A stretch of DNA of 64,000 bases, from the NCBI GenBank assembly GCA_001949185.1, contig BDGG01000013.1, forward strand, positions 1,189,226 to 1,253,225, read 5' to 3'. Both the position numbers and the translations under genes were made by a program. The notes below the pieces were generated by a model. The model saw only the letters and a program-made list of their open reading frames with translations, did not search any database and was not told where the DNA came from. Origin of the DNA: Ramazzottius varieornatus (lineage: Eukaryota > Animalia > Tardigrada). Each line of letters starts with the position of its first letter. Positions within the stretch are counted from its first letter, which is position 1. Below are positions 52,848 through 64,000 of the stretch, piece by piece.

Positions 52848-52949
52848 CCATGACCTGATAGCTTTCCCCTTAAGGAAAATCGCACTTAAGGAAATTCCCC
52901 TTAAGGAAAATCGTAACCATGACCTGATAGCTTTCCCCTTAAGGAAATA
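52848..52949. repeat. Short tandem and palindromic repeat (ccttaagg units)
   Basis: ccatgacctgatagctttccccttaaggaaa twice, with two further cttaaggaaa units between them. Confidence 0.85.
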
Positions 52950-53871
52950 CCACTGTCAAGATTTACACGCGGTGCTAAACTTTGCCGTAGGGAGACATAT
53001 GACTGTAAATGTGACATGATTGTTACTGATCGCTCCGATTTTGATGGATGCACCGGGCCATCTCAATGTTCCCGAGTCTGCCATGAGGGGCACGTTATCT
53101 TCTAATTGCAGTTTCCCCCAACGGCAGTTCCGGAATATCTCGAACTAGAAAAACTCGTTCGCCGCCTAAATGCTTCGTTCTCAAACATCACCTTCTTCTA
53201 AGACTACTGATACAGTATGCCTATATTCCCCAAAAGCTTTAAACCCGAAGAACGACGGCATCGAATTTCTTCGGCTTTGAACAGGCGCAAAACCTAATGT
53301 CTTCGGCTTCAGGGAACTCTTTCCCCTAAAACAGGTCTTCGTTGTCTCGTATTAACACGGCGACTTTAAGTAAATTCAACACTTTAAATTTTTAGCAACC
53401 TGTCAGAGGTCGAGTAAGTCGAGTTATGCCGCGAACACTAAAGCTTGATACGTTTGTACTCTGAATAAAGCCAGGGCGAGAAATAGCTTCCAGCCGGTAG
53501 TCTTCGGCAGAATCGGTGAGAGATAGGAAAAATTCAGACAATAGCCAGTGTTAATGTAGAAACTTGATAAGCAGGAATTATGGGATAGTTTTATTTGGGC
53601 AGTGCGGGATCATCTGATCGCATCAGTGGGTGTCGTCGATGCTTCACGAGGTAACTGACAGTCTGTGAGTGAGATCGAGGCGGAAGTGACGGCTTGGCGC
53701 ATCAGCCTTCCACCTGTTCCTCTGAGCTGCAACGGTCCCGTTAGCGAGATCAGAAACTCCAAAGAAAATAGGTCACCCAACGCTCTTGTAAACGTGAACA
53801 CCCATAATGTGCGTGTTTTTCCCGGATGTAACCGCGGTAGCAGGCGCTCTTCCAGCGACCAGTTCGAAGTA

Positions 53872-55210
53872 TCAGGTGCGAAAGTATGACTTGCTCTTCC
53901 TGAACATCAACGTCAAAAAATTATATCTCTCTTTCGGGGAAAGCGTTTGCCTCCAAATCTTTTGCAATATGATGCATCACCATTCAGCTTCTGTATATAT
54001 TCCTGGTCAATCAAATCGTCAATGCTAGTCAAGCTGTACAACCAGTTTAGTAAAACTGGCCGTTTCGTGAAAGATGTGACATTTTCGGTAAAAAAAATTT
54101 TCTCGAGGGCCCAGATTCGTTCAGAAATTCCCTTATGCCTCCACATCATACTCCGATAAAGGTTCTTTCAAAAGCACTGTCAGGGTTTCTTTCAAAACAT
54201 TGGCTGCCAAAGTTATACGGGTCGAAATTCGGAGAAGATACCAAACACCAAATTGTACATTCCACGAGCTGGAAGAGTTCAAAAGCACATCGACTTCGGC
54301 TGAATATAGATCCCACCCTGTCGTACCTGCTGAGCAGCCCACCGAAAGCTCGCAAGAAATCGGTGAGGCAGGACGAATTTAATTCTCTCCACCCCGCTGA
54401 AGTGGCGCATTTTGTACGTCGTTTTTGCACCCGGAAAAAAGGAATTTCTTGATTTTCAAATTCCATAAGTCGCAGTGAGATAACTTCTGACGGCTGTTAC
54501 GGAGATCTAACCTTCTTCTAACGAATGCCATAACTGGCTTCAAAATGTGTTGAGCTAGGGCAGGGAGAAAAAATACAGAGAAACAGGAAAAAAATCTTCG
54601 TCCAGCGGCTTCAGACTCAACGTTCTCTTCCTGTTGTCAACGCACGGGAGACTAATGAAACAGGAGACTAAATCAAAATCAACAAGTTACGTGGACACGG
54701 TTCTTCCCTTCCTAAAATACAAAACGTAAAATATTTCTCCGAGTCCTTTAGTCTCCTTCGCAGTACCCATAACACAAAAAGCATTACCTCGGTGTATGTC
54801 GAGAGACAAGCGCTGTTTGAAATATTGAAGAGATCTAGTCTCAAAAGAAAACTCAACAAGCTTCTTCCCGATCGCGTTGATCAATTCCGTCGCTGCAGGT
54901 CCCCAAGATCCGAAGGTCTCGAATCCCAAAGGAACGAAGAGGTACTGTGAAGCGATGCCTTGGTATTTCTGGTTCTTTCTCTCTTCCGCGTCTTCGGCGG
55001 CAGCTCCCACCTTCTCGCTTGTCTTTCCGACGTAGGACTTCGCCAATGTATCTACCACAGTCACATCCCAAACTAATTCCTTCCCATTCTTCCAAGGTAT
55101 AATGGTCTTTCTATCAGGTCTCAGTCCATCGTCCCGTGGAATTCCTAGTGGTTCCAGAACATTTTGAAACTTATTGCCCGAAAAGTTGCAAATCATACTT
55201 TCGCACCTAA
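53872..55210. mobile_element. Mariner-TIR-bounded non-autonomous element carrying non-mariner cargo
   Basis: TA|tcaggtgcgaaagtatgacttg ... caaatcatactttcgcacctaa|TA. Removing it restores the recombinase frame. Confidence 0.85.
54687..55165 (-). mobile_element. 3' fragment of a non-LTR retrotransposon with a restriction-like endonuclease (RLE) domain
   Basis: LEPLGIPRDDGLRPD..IPWKNGKELVWDVTVVDTLAKSY..AAEDAEERKNQKY..FVPLGFETFGSWG..FKQRLSLDIHRGNA. Confidence 0.85.
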
Positions 55211-55727
55211 TATTTCGTCAGGTGCTGGACCTTGTCTGAAAGCTTCTGTGGCCGCGTCGATACGCAAACTATGAATTGAGTACCGGTGCGAGTTAGCTAT
55301 TCCTTGAAGAAGATCCTTGAGACAGCAAGCGAAGGTGGGTCTAGTCAAGGGCGAACTGTTGTGGATTACGAAGAAGGGCTCATCGTGTATGACCGGCAGA
55401 GGATGTAATTGTAGATAACGTTGTGCTGCTTCGACAGGAAAGACTGACCCGACGGAAATTCCTGGCTCCGTATTGATCGGTCTTTGGTGATCGAAGATGG
55501 AGCCTGATCGAATTATGATTGATTGTGAGATCGCGATATTTTAGGGCATATGTTGAGGTCTTTCCTATCGCTGCGCACTCGCTGGCTCGTACGAAGCTAG
55601 CATAAGCCATCGTACAGGCGACCACAAGAGGGCCGTTGTGAACGTAATTAGAGAGGGAGAGTTTTCAATGTTGCGATGGATGGGTCGAAGGTTGGGAAGC
55701 GTGACGGGAAGTTTTAAGCCCCTTGTA

Positions 55728-56534
55728 TTAGGTGCGGAAGTATGACTTGCAACTTGTGAGAAATTCCAACTTCAAAAGTTCATAGTTCTGCCTTCCTCCA
55801 TCCTCTCGTCTTGGATTTTTCCCCGGTCATTTCTACAGCCCTCTCCTTTTTGTGGTTTTGGTTGTTCATCTGTTGCTTCAGGGTAGAGAGCGATTGCTTT
55901 CTCCACCGTCATGGACAAAGCGAAACTTTGAGTGATTCTGAACTACGAATTTGGCCGAGGGACCAACGTGTCTAATACCGTCAAGGTAATCAACCCGCTT
56001 ATTCGGTATGACCCAGCTAATAAGTGGACGGTGGGACACTGAATGTTCCAGCTCCAGTTCCAACGTTTCAGCTCCATAGATTTCCTGCTCGAAGATCACC
56101 TCCACGGACGACCAAAGTTGAAAATGAGTAACGAGATACTAAAAGCGCTAGTCGAAGCCCATTCTTTTCGGCCTACTGTTCAGCTTCCTAGACACTTTGG
56201 TTCATCTCCTTGTACCATCACCAAACATTTGCACGAGCTTAAGAAGATAAAAAAACTGGAACAACGCGTGCTCCACTAACTTGGCGAACTCCAAAAGAAT
56301 TCAGATAAATGACTGCCCACGTGATTCGCAACCAGAACGAATCGATTATGGACGACTACCGTACGCAAAAACGGCAGTGGTCGGATAGATGGGGATCGCC
56401 ACAGCAAATTCCGAAGCCAGAGCTCCATTAAAAGAAAGTTATGGTTACTTTTTGGTGGAATCCTCAAGGCCTCGTGCACTACGATCGTCGATCTTCTTCC
56501 ACCCGGCAAAACGATCAACGCAGGTTACTACTGC
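55728..56534 (+). mobile_element. Truncated, degenerate mariner related to the copy at 11138
   Basis: TA|ttaggtgcggaagtatgacttg left TIR; MDKAKL*VILNYEFGRG..HGRPKLK..GKTINAGYYC with stops and deletions. No right end seen. Confidence 0.9.
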
Positions 56535-56539
56535 CGTGC

Positions 56540-56902
56540 TGTATTTAGTTTCAGTCTGAGACTCAAAAGATATCGGTTCTTGTATCAGTTTCAGTTCTCG
56601 TCTTAAGACTGAATTGAATTACCGTGTCACAAAGTCGGACTTGGACTGAAATGGTAAAGATTCAATTGACGGTGCAGAGACTGAAGAAATTGACGGACTG
56701 AAACTGGCGACTTGAAGACTGGAAAAAAATAGAAGGACTAGAATCGAGATGCCTGGGACGAAAACTGGTTTGGACGAGAGCGAAGTTCTGGTGTGGTACA
56801 AGATCTAGGTTCAGTCTCGAGACTAAGACTGATACGTAAACTGAATTGAAGCAGTTCAGTCTGACGAGATTGATATACCGTAGGACTAAATTGATTTCAG
56901 TC
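56540..56902. repeat. Degenerate inverted/sub-repeat element (agactga and tcagtct motifs), MITE-like
   Basis: Imperfect inverted arms at about 56540-56602 and 56773-56835, with multiple gactgaa motifs. Confidence 0.55.
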
Positions 56903-57963
56903 CGCCTATAAGGCGATGGGTAACGGAACCATCCAAGCGGAACTGCGCATACAGTACGTCAGACGACCGAGGTCGATTTCCTATCTCCACTGCTTTGCCG
57001 TGCTTTGCTGCCTATGGGCAAATTTCAAGACCAAATGGACGAGTCAGTGGACGAATGCTCAGACAGTTAAACACAAATAAAACTACGTTAGTTTAAAGGT
57101 AACTGTACAGTAGAGCAAATTTGCTTGAAAATTGCGGTACAGAGCGTGTCAGAGCCAAACAGGTGTATGTCAAGCACATTTTAAAGCACAGAATTCATCA
57201 CACAGTCACAGCGGCCGTCACTTTGTGATTTTTCAGTAGCCCGCCAGTCAGAAATGACAAGTCCACTGCGCTGTCTTTCGTTACCAGCCGATGGCGGTTT
57301 CTGACATTGGGTGACCAGCCCCAGAAGCTGACACTTATTGGCTGACAGATAGATTTTCTCCATGGCTTTCTCGATATCGTTTCTCGAAAAACCTGCAGTA
57401 TATGAACTTGATCCAAATGCTCAGTGTCGATCTTTCCATCGTCCAAAGCAGCGCACGGACTTGTCTAGCTTCTCGACATCTTCTGCTCGAACATGACCGC
57501 CGAAACTAGTGACCGGCAAGAGCTTGCCAAGCAGGACAACGCGCCGTGCGGTGAGCGGGAAGCGTGACTCCCGCCAGACAGATGGCGCCAGAAAAAGCCG
57601 CGTGGCGGCTTGAACGAAGGCGCGGTTTCTACTGTACTTCTTCCTCGATGAAATAATACGTCTGAGTGGGGAATGCAACGCATGGGCAATCCATGACGCT
57701 AAACACAGAGCGCAAAACAGTGATCCACCAGGCAGAATAAAATATTGTTCTTGCCGGCGTAAGTACACCGACGGTGGGACGCAAATCCTCTTTCGTTTAC
57801 CTAAACTTCATTCTTCAAGGTCAGTGATCTTGGTGAGCAGCTTTACATTATGACACCAGCGAACAGCTTCAAGTGCGATGTTCAAGGGACTTTCGAGGTT
57901 CCAGACTATTGGATTTTTCATGTTCTTCAGATGCATCTTTTTCAGTCAGCTAAATATTTGTAG

Positions 57964-59674
57964 ATGAGAATGGTAGAAAAAGTTTCATCTCCAAATATCT
58001 TTGTCGTGCAGTCGGTCCTGCTGAATATCCCCTTTCGTCTATGGATTTCGGACACCAGCAGCGGCAAAACCACCGTCAAAAGTGCCCGCCTTTTGCTCCT
58101 GTTGAGACTTTTGTTGCTTATATTTATTTTCGGGCAGCTCTTTATGACAGTCTATGTGGGCATCCAGGCCTGTCAATCCTTGTCCGCACCGCGTAACCCT
58201 GCAATTCAGTCCAGCACCATTGTTAGAGTACTGGCCGGTGTTCCCAACTTTTTCCTTTCTTTACGCGGACTTCTGGTTCTCCTTTACCTCTGCCGGAAAC
58301 GTATTGTCATCGCCGAGACCTGTTCGAAGTTAAGAGCTCTCTGCGCAACCTGCATCCATCCGGACGATTTCTCACGAAGAAGCCGAAAGTGGTTTCGCCT
58401 GAATATCATGCTAACAATGTATTGCATATCCATGTTCGCGACCATGTTCACGTTAAGCTGGCTTCACGGCTTTGATTTCGAGAAGAGGAAACTGTGTAGT
58501 CCGTATCGCCTGAACCCCATCGACGCGGCCATTCCAACCTGGGCCTTCATCGTATTACAAGTGCTCTTCATGTACTACCCATACATCCTTTCCAAAGTAT
58601 TCTTGATCGCTACTATCGTAATGACTTGCGTCATGCGTGACTGCTCAAAAGCCATCAACCAACGTTTGAGCGAGCTTGACGAAAGAGCAAAAAGAGTTTC
58701 GAGAAACTTTCGTGTGGGGGAGGAAATTGATAGTCTGACGAAAGACTTGGAAGTACTGATCGGTCATCGTGCCGTACTCTTCCAGTTTCTCCAGCAATGG
58801 AACCATGCATTCGGCTGGATTTTGTTTCTGTCTTATGGTGTTGATGTTTGTGGGTCAGCTGGAATGCTGGCGGTACTGGTGTCCGGCACCGAAAGGTCAC
58901 GATACGTGGTGGCGGCAAAGCTAATAGGCTCTGTTGGGTTCGTTACCTTTGCCACGGCCTTGTACGCACCGCTAGCACTTGCGACCGAAGAGGTAAGATC
59001 AATTCGTGTGGACGCCTGTGCAAACATTCGAAGTAACTGATATGCGACAGTGATATAGACACACTTCTACCGGCAGTACCAGTATGATGCATATGAAATT
59101 ATGGTCACGTGTCTTTTTCAGGCGGAAATGACATCAGCATATGTTTACAGATTGACAACCACATTATATCCAGTTTTCTTCCGGCACTTCGTAAGCTTAT
59201 ACATCTGGTCAAACAACACTCTACCTTAACGGCCATCGAACCGTTTTGTCATTATGCAGAACTCGAACGTGCGAGAAGTAGCAAACGACCTACGATCGAT
59301 GTGCATTGACTTTCCGGTCAAGTTTACAGCAGCAGAATTCATCCATATGGACCGGAAATCTATCGTTGCGGTAAGCCAAGAGATCGCGTCATAAGAAAAA
59401 AAACCATGTAGAAGATAAGCAAATAAGCCTCACCACGTCTCTATCTCCAGCGGCGCATGTTTCCATTGGCATAAGCTGAGAGCGTGCTCCTTTCAAGAAA
59501 ACTATCTGGATCAGTTCGAATTCGTTTGTCCAGCTCCCAAATTGAAATTATGATATACCATTGTTGCAGACGTTCATGCTTCTGGCTTCATTTAGCCTGC
59601 TTCTAATCGAGCTGTTAGCGGAAGAGCGATCTGCTGCTCCTGCTAGCCACTCAAACTGGACCGTCAATGCGTAG
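57964..59674 (+). CDS. Gustatory-receptor-family (7tm_7-like) chemoreceptor
   Basis: Long first exon with about six hydrophobic segments (..NHAFGWILF..), three short 3' exons, and FTAAEFIHMDRKSIVA|TFMLLASFSLLLIE in the position of the GR TM7 motif. Confidence 0.8.
59416..59531. repeat. Intronic palindromic element, family A, strongly diverged
   Basis: agcaaataagcctc..ccagcggcgcatg ... gcgtgctcctttcaagaaaactatctggatcag..ttcgtttgtcc. Confidence 0.55.
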
Positions 59675-60321
59675 GACAAAGAACCTCTCATGAACAGAGC
59701 AGCGGCTTCTTTTCAGATGGTTTTGGACGGCAGTGTCAAACTCGATTTATTATAAATAATTTACTTTGAGGCTTGAGCTTTCTCATTCCGAACACTTATG
59801 AATTCTGTTGTTATTGTTTCGATATTTTGAATCCAGTTTTTGACGCCGGGAGTTTCAACAGCCTTGTAGACCGCTTTTCAGCAGCTCCGGTTCGCCGACC
59901 CACTGAAAAAGAGCAGGGTATCAGCTGTCCGAATATTTCCGAAACTACTATCATGTTCCGTGGTACACTGTAGTACGCGTTTTACTGATAGTTTACCGTT
60001 ATGGGAAACAATGGAACGTTTGGGGCCGCATCAAGCGGCATTCCGACAATGAAGCCTACGTAAGGTGTTATCCCGTCCGTTCCCGTACCGAAAACCGCCA
60101 GCATGTCAGGATTTACACTCTTCTGAAAGTATGAATCAGGATCAGCCAATTACAGTGAGGCCCAGCTACCTTGTCACCTTTTTGGCAAAATTGTAATTCC
60201 CTGCAGGAGGCAAGTTTGTTCCCCATTACACTTTTAGGTCACAGAAAATTTGCTTAGCTAGCTTCTGCCCAGAAAGATTTCCCGGGAAATAATACGAATC
60301 GTCCCAGAAGTGAGATCACCC

Positions 60322-60346
60322 GATCGTGATCGTGATCGTGATCGTG
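60322..60346. repeat. (GATCGT)4 microsatellite
   Basis: Seen directly in the sequence. Confidence 0.9.
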
Positions 60347-61139
60347 TCTGACACAGCGTCAGAACGAAATTCTAACCTGCCCATTGTCAGGACAAAAATC
60401 GTCATCTTCCCCCAGCTTGATTTCGTATAAAACACTATTTTAAATTTGAAATCAAGTGTTTTACCTTTTGATAAAACATGCGTCTTTAGTTATTTGGGTT
60501 AGCTAGTTCTGCAGTACAATATTTTGGAATTAATGTTTTGAAATTGATCAGTGAATAAAAGGAAACATTTTGGGTGCGATAGCCATACAGAGTTGTGGAA
60601 ATATTCTTTTCCAGAAGTGGTAGGTCAGAGTTTTAGCCAAGGATCCTTGTGATCATTCTTGGTTGAAAAAGCCTCAAGAGCGAGCTCGACGGGATTTTAG
60701 AGACGGTTCGTTTCCAAACAACGTTTTTTCATTGATAGAAATCGCAACTTTGGTGTGTTTCAGACGTTCCTCCGAAAATTACATTCGCCATTCTGTCAGA
60801 AGAACTTTGCTCAAATTAACCATAGCATCGCCTGAATGTATGGACAATTATGAAAGCGAAGGGTTTTTGTGTTTTGCCGAATACTTTCCATAATAAAATT
60901 CGTTGAATGAACACCGATGTTTACCGTAAAATCGAAAAATTCATACAAATAACTGGATGCGGTCGAGATTCGCACACCAAACTTTCCCTCTGAGGTCTGC
61001 TTGACATGTTGAACAGTTGTGCGCTGTCGGTAACCGCTTCGCTCGTCAGGGACAGATTGTGGACCTCTGTACGGAGTTATTCGTTTCTGCCGTTTTTGTC
61101 TCCTTCCTGTTATCCTCCAAACTGTTTGCTCGCAACAGA

Positions 61140-63510
61140 TTAGAGCCTTAACCGAACGATGCTTATCTTAGAAAACGCAGGATTGGATGTAATCTTGACA
61201 GCAAGAACTGTTCTGCTGAAAAGAATTAGCTTGGATTTTGTGTCGGACAGAAAGGTGAATGGTGATAGGTTAGCTGGGCCGAAACGTACATCATTTCTGT
61301 GGATACTGTATAGGTTGAATGTACAAGTCAAATCGATGATATTACTGTAATACTTCATGAACTTCGCGAATCACGTCATCATACAGATACAGTTCGGTCC
61401 TACCGGTCCGGAAATTTGACCCTACCAATCCCCTAAGGGATGTCTCGCTCGTATGATGACGTGATTCGCGAAGTTCATGGAGCATTACAGTATTGATGTA
61501 CAGTATCGTACCCCATCGCGGACAACTTGGATGGCCGTTACTTTTGCTATCTTGGTTTGACCAGTCAGAAAGTTGTTGGTTATCTGATAGATCGTGGCGA
61601 AGGTCGAGTCCCTCAGTTCGATATTCGACCCGCTCTCTGTAAACAAAGGCAATCTCAGATACGTTACAGCGGCTAAATTTATAATAACTGACATAATGAT
61701 TACCGTCAACAACCAGGTGGTAGGTTTGGCCATCGCCCAAGTTGAATAATGAAGTTGCGCTGGTGGCAACACTTACATCCACCGCCTGGAAGTCGGTGGC
61801 AGGTGTCGGACAGGTGGCAGCCCTTGTGCTGATACTAGGGTCGGTAGGACAGGCCAGCGATGATGATGCTTTCTGGTTCTCCATGTGCAGCTCAAAGAAG
61901 GCTCCACTGGCGTCTAAAGACATGTAGGCGAAGGTGACGGGAGGAAGCAACGAGGGACCACCGGGAGCGGGAAAGTAGGTAGCGATGGACTGGGGCTGGG
62001 TCTGCAGCTTGAACTTTTCGGTGGTGTAGTCCATCACGTATTCCGCCACACAAGAACCTGTAGTTAAAAACAGTAAAAGAGACGCACATAGACGCGGGAA
62101 ATGAAATGAACTCAGATCGTTCTTCCAAGTGGCGCACGCTATCAGCCGGTAACAACGAAAACGTGCGCCACTTAAGATACCGATTTCGTTCAACACATTT
62201 TCCCACGCTCAACATGACGCTGTTACTACAGTACTGGTGTTAAAAAATACCGGAAAAGAGCAGATATGTCTGGAACTGCTGGATAGGGCCAAGCAGATGG
62301 GAAGACTCATCGGGAGCAACGTTACAGAAAGTGGCTTTTGAGCACGGGTCGACGGTTGTTGTTGGAGAAGGTGTCGTTGTGGGGGAAGGTGTTGTTGTGG
62401 GGGAAGGTGTCGTGGTCGGAGCGGTTGTGATACCTGAAGCTTGGTTCCTGGCCGCCAGACAGTCCTCTGTAGAAACAGAGAGGAACGATATGCATACATA
62501 GATTTGCAGAAATAAACCGAAAGGTGAAGTTTGGAACGTGGACTTACGAGTTGGACAATTTTGAGTTGGGCAGCCGTAGATCGAGGCGATCAGCTGACAG
62601 TCAGTTTGGCTAAGCTGTGACAGACGGGGTATGGCTGGAGGTCCCGACTTGACAGTGAACGCAATTTGACCAGCTTTAGCGTAGTCCGAAGGCTGGTTGT
62701 GCGTGATGCTGCAATAGTCGTAGGGATAGAATCCCCACGACGCATCGTTCGACGTGTAAAGACGATAAGCAGTCTACAGAAAGAGCATGAGCTGATACTT
62801 GGAAGGTCTTAAAATGAAACATTTTCCTTTCCTACAGGAAATTCAAGGGCGCCTCGGTCGACCGTGATGTATTGATCGCGATCTCCGCGTTGGTGTTCGT
62901 TTCGACGCCCTAAACGGAAGTCGGTTCTGTATCATAACACCACTAATTGCAGAGCCAAAGACATGTCAGGATAGTACCGGAGAGAATTGTCCAGAATTTC
63001 ATGAGCATCGTTAGGCTATCCGGCTTGCCCAAGCAGCCATACGGTCCGTGGGTAAAAATGGTATGTTGCTCGTTCCTGGCAGCAAAGGCGGTGACTTTGC
63101 CGGGATATGCGAAGCAAAACTGATCTTCCACCGTGGTTGAGGCGTTGTAGGCCGTCACTTTCACTTTGAAACGGGAATCACTGGCGGCGACCTCCACAAA
63201 GGTGATACAGTTTTGGGCTTGCGTTTGGACCAACTGTGCGGCTTGACGTATCAGAGCTTTCTCCGCTGCGCCTGCATAAGAAAAAAGGTCTCTTCACTGA
63301 GATTAGACGATGAGAATGTTTTCACTTACTGTAGCTGTTGTCGAGATAGTACAAGATGTTGTTCCTGTCGGGCCATCTCTGGAAGTGATAATCGGCGTTG
63401 ATCGTTCTCTTCTGCCGCGCCAGGTGCTGATTCTTGCTCACGGTCCCTGAGATCGAGTTAAGTAAGGCTAGAGTGGTGAGAGATAAACCGAGTAACGTGA
63501 ACCAGTACAT
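61140..63510 (-). CDS. Secreted astacin (M12A)-fold protein lacking catalytic residues, with a Thr/Pro-rich linker and an unknown C-terminal domain; 3' end uncertain
   Basis: Signal peptide, RQKR proprotein site, RWP..ILYYLD, NCITFVE, CFAYPG, GCLG, NEHQRGDRDQYITV, YDYCSITH, LSQTDCQLIASIYGC, then TTPSPT repeats. Confidence 0.8.
61340..61495. repeat. Hairpin with arms of about 45 bp, probably intronic
   Basis: catgaacttcgcgaatcacgtcatcatac / gtatgatgacgtgattcgcgaagttcatg is a perfect 29-bp core. Confidence 0.9.
62101..62195. repeat. Intronic palindromic element, family A, monomer
   Basis: gaactcagatcgttcttccaagtggcgcacg ... cgtgcgccacttaagataccgatttcgttc. Confidence 0.85.
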
Positions 63511-64000
63511 GTTTGCCACATATACTGTATATTATCCGGAAACGACAGCGCAGTAGAGTCGATCAACTACCGGTCTTTCTCAAGTACCGCATTTTGAGGA
63601 GGTATTATCCTACGAGGCGCGTGTTGCCTCTGATAGCGTATGGATGGTCCACGCATTTGCCTTCATCATTATTCGCTTCGGATGGCGGATGTAACGCTGA
63701 TGCTGAGGCAAAAGTGGCCAGTTTGCGCATGTGCAGCTGTAATGAACATCCGTTCAGCAGCCGAGACCCTCAGCAGACGTCGTAGCTTTCGCGAATGTGG
63801 CGGTCATTGCGGCCAACTAAGGGAATTCTGATGAGGCTCATTCATGGTCAAACGTCTGTGGACACGTCGATGTAAGGAGCACTTCCAGCAATCACAAGCC
63901 AAACTTCCTCTGGTTCTGATTCTGGTTCGCGGTTCTGCACCGTTTAGTCTCATTACCACCGCCAGGCTGTTCGCGGCGATCCGGCATTGCAACCCAGAGT

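Larger units (their letters stand above)
53776..55727 (-). mobile_element. Tyrosine-recombinase remnant (DIRS/Ngaro-like retroelement), split by the insertion at 53872-55210
   Basis: LPVT..AYASFVRASE..LHLRSPKTDQ..RYSIHSLRIDAATEAFRQGPAPDE, then across the TA insertion site ILRTGRWKSACYRGYIR. Frameshifted. Confidence 0.85.

Noticed and set aside
63828-63856. Hammerhead-like CTGATGAG..AAAC
   Set aside because: Lacks the G of GAAA; stem II is weak and stems I/III were not found.

Overview
Eukaryotic, gene-dense animal DNA with short GT-AG introns (mostly about 60-100 nt). The gene repertoire and compactness best fit a tardigrade such as Ramazzottius; this is inference, not a database result. From left to right the window holds: a very large extracellular mosaic protein gene (SRCR, fibrinogen-like, 3x F5/8C, sushi, F-type-lectin-like repeats, Pro-rich tail); a class-A GPCR pseudogene cut by a mariner that itself carries a nested LINE; a two-domain Ly6/three-finger gene; a mu-like GST cluster (3 intact, 2 disabled, 1 fragment); a 4-exon secreted Gly/aromatic-rich orphan; PAAF1-like and SLC25 genes head-to-head; an orphan head-to-head with PARG; a cyclase-less ANF-receptor-type gene with a 6.1-kb TE-filled intron; a nest of tyrosine-recombinase, mariner and non-LTR remnants; a gustatory receptor; and a catalytically dead astacin-like gene. 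The most striking unexplained signal is a family of about 100-bp palindromic elements (core AAGTGGCGCAC...GTGCGCCACTT). It occurs as monomers or dimers almost only inside introns of many unrelated genes, and most enlarged introns examined carry this or another long hairpin. All gene models were assembled by eye, so some exon boundaries are approximate.
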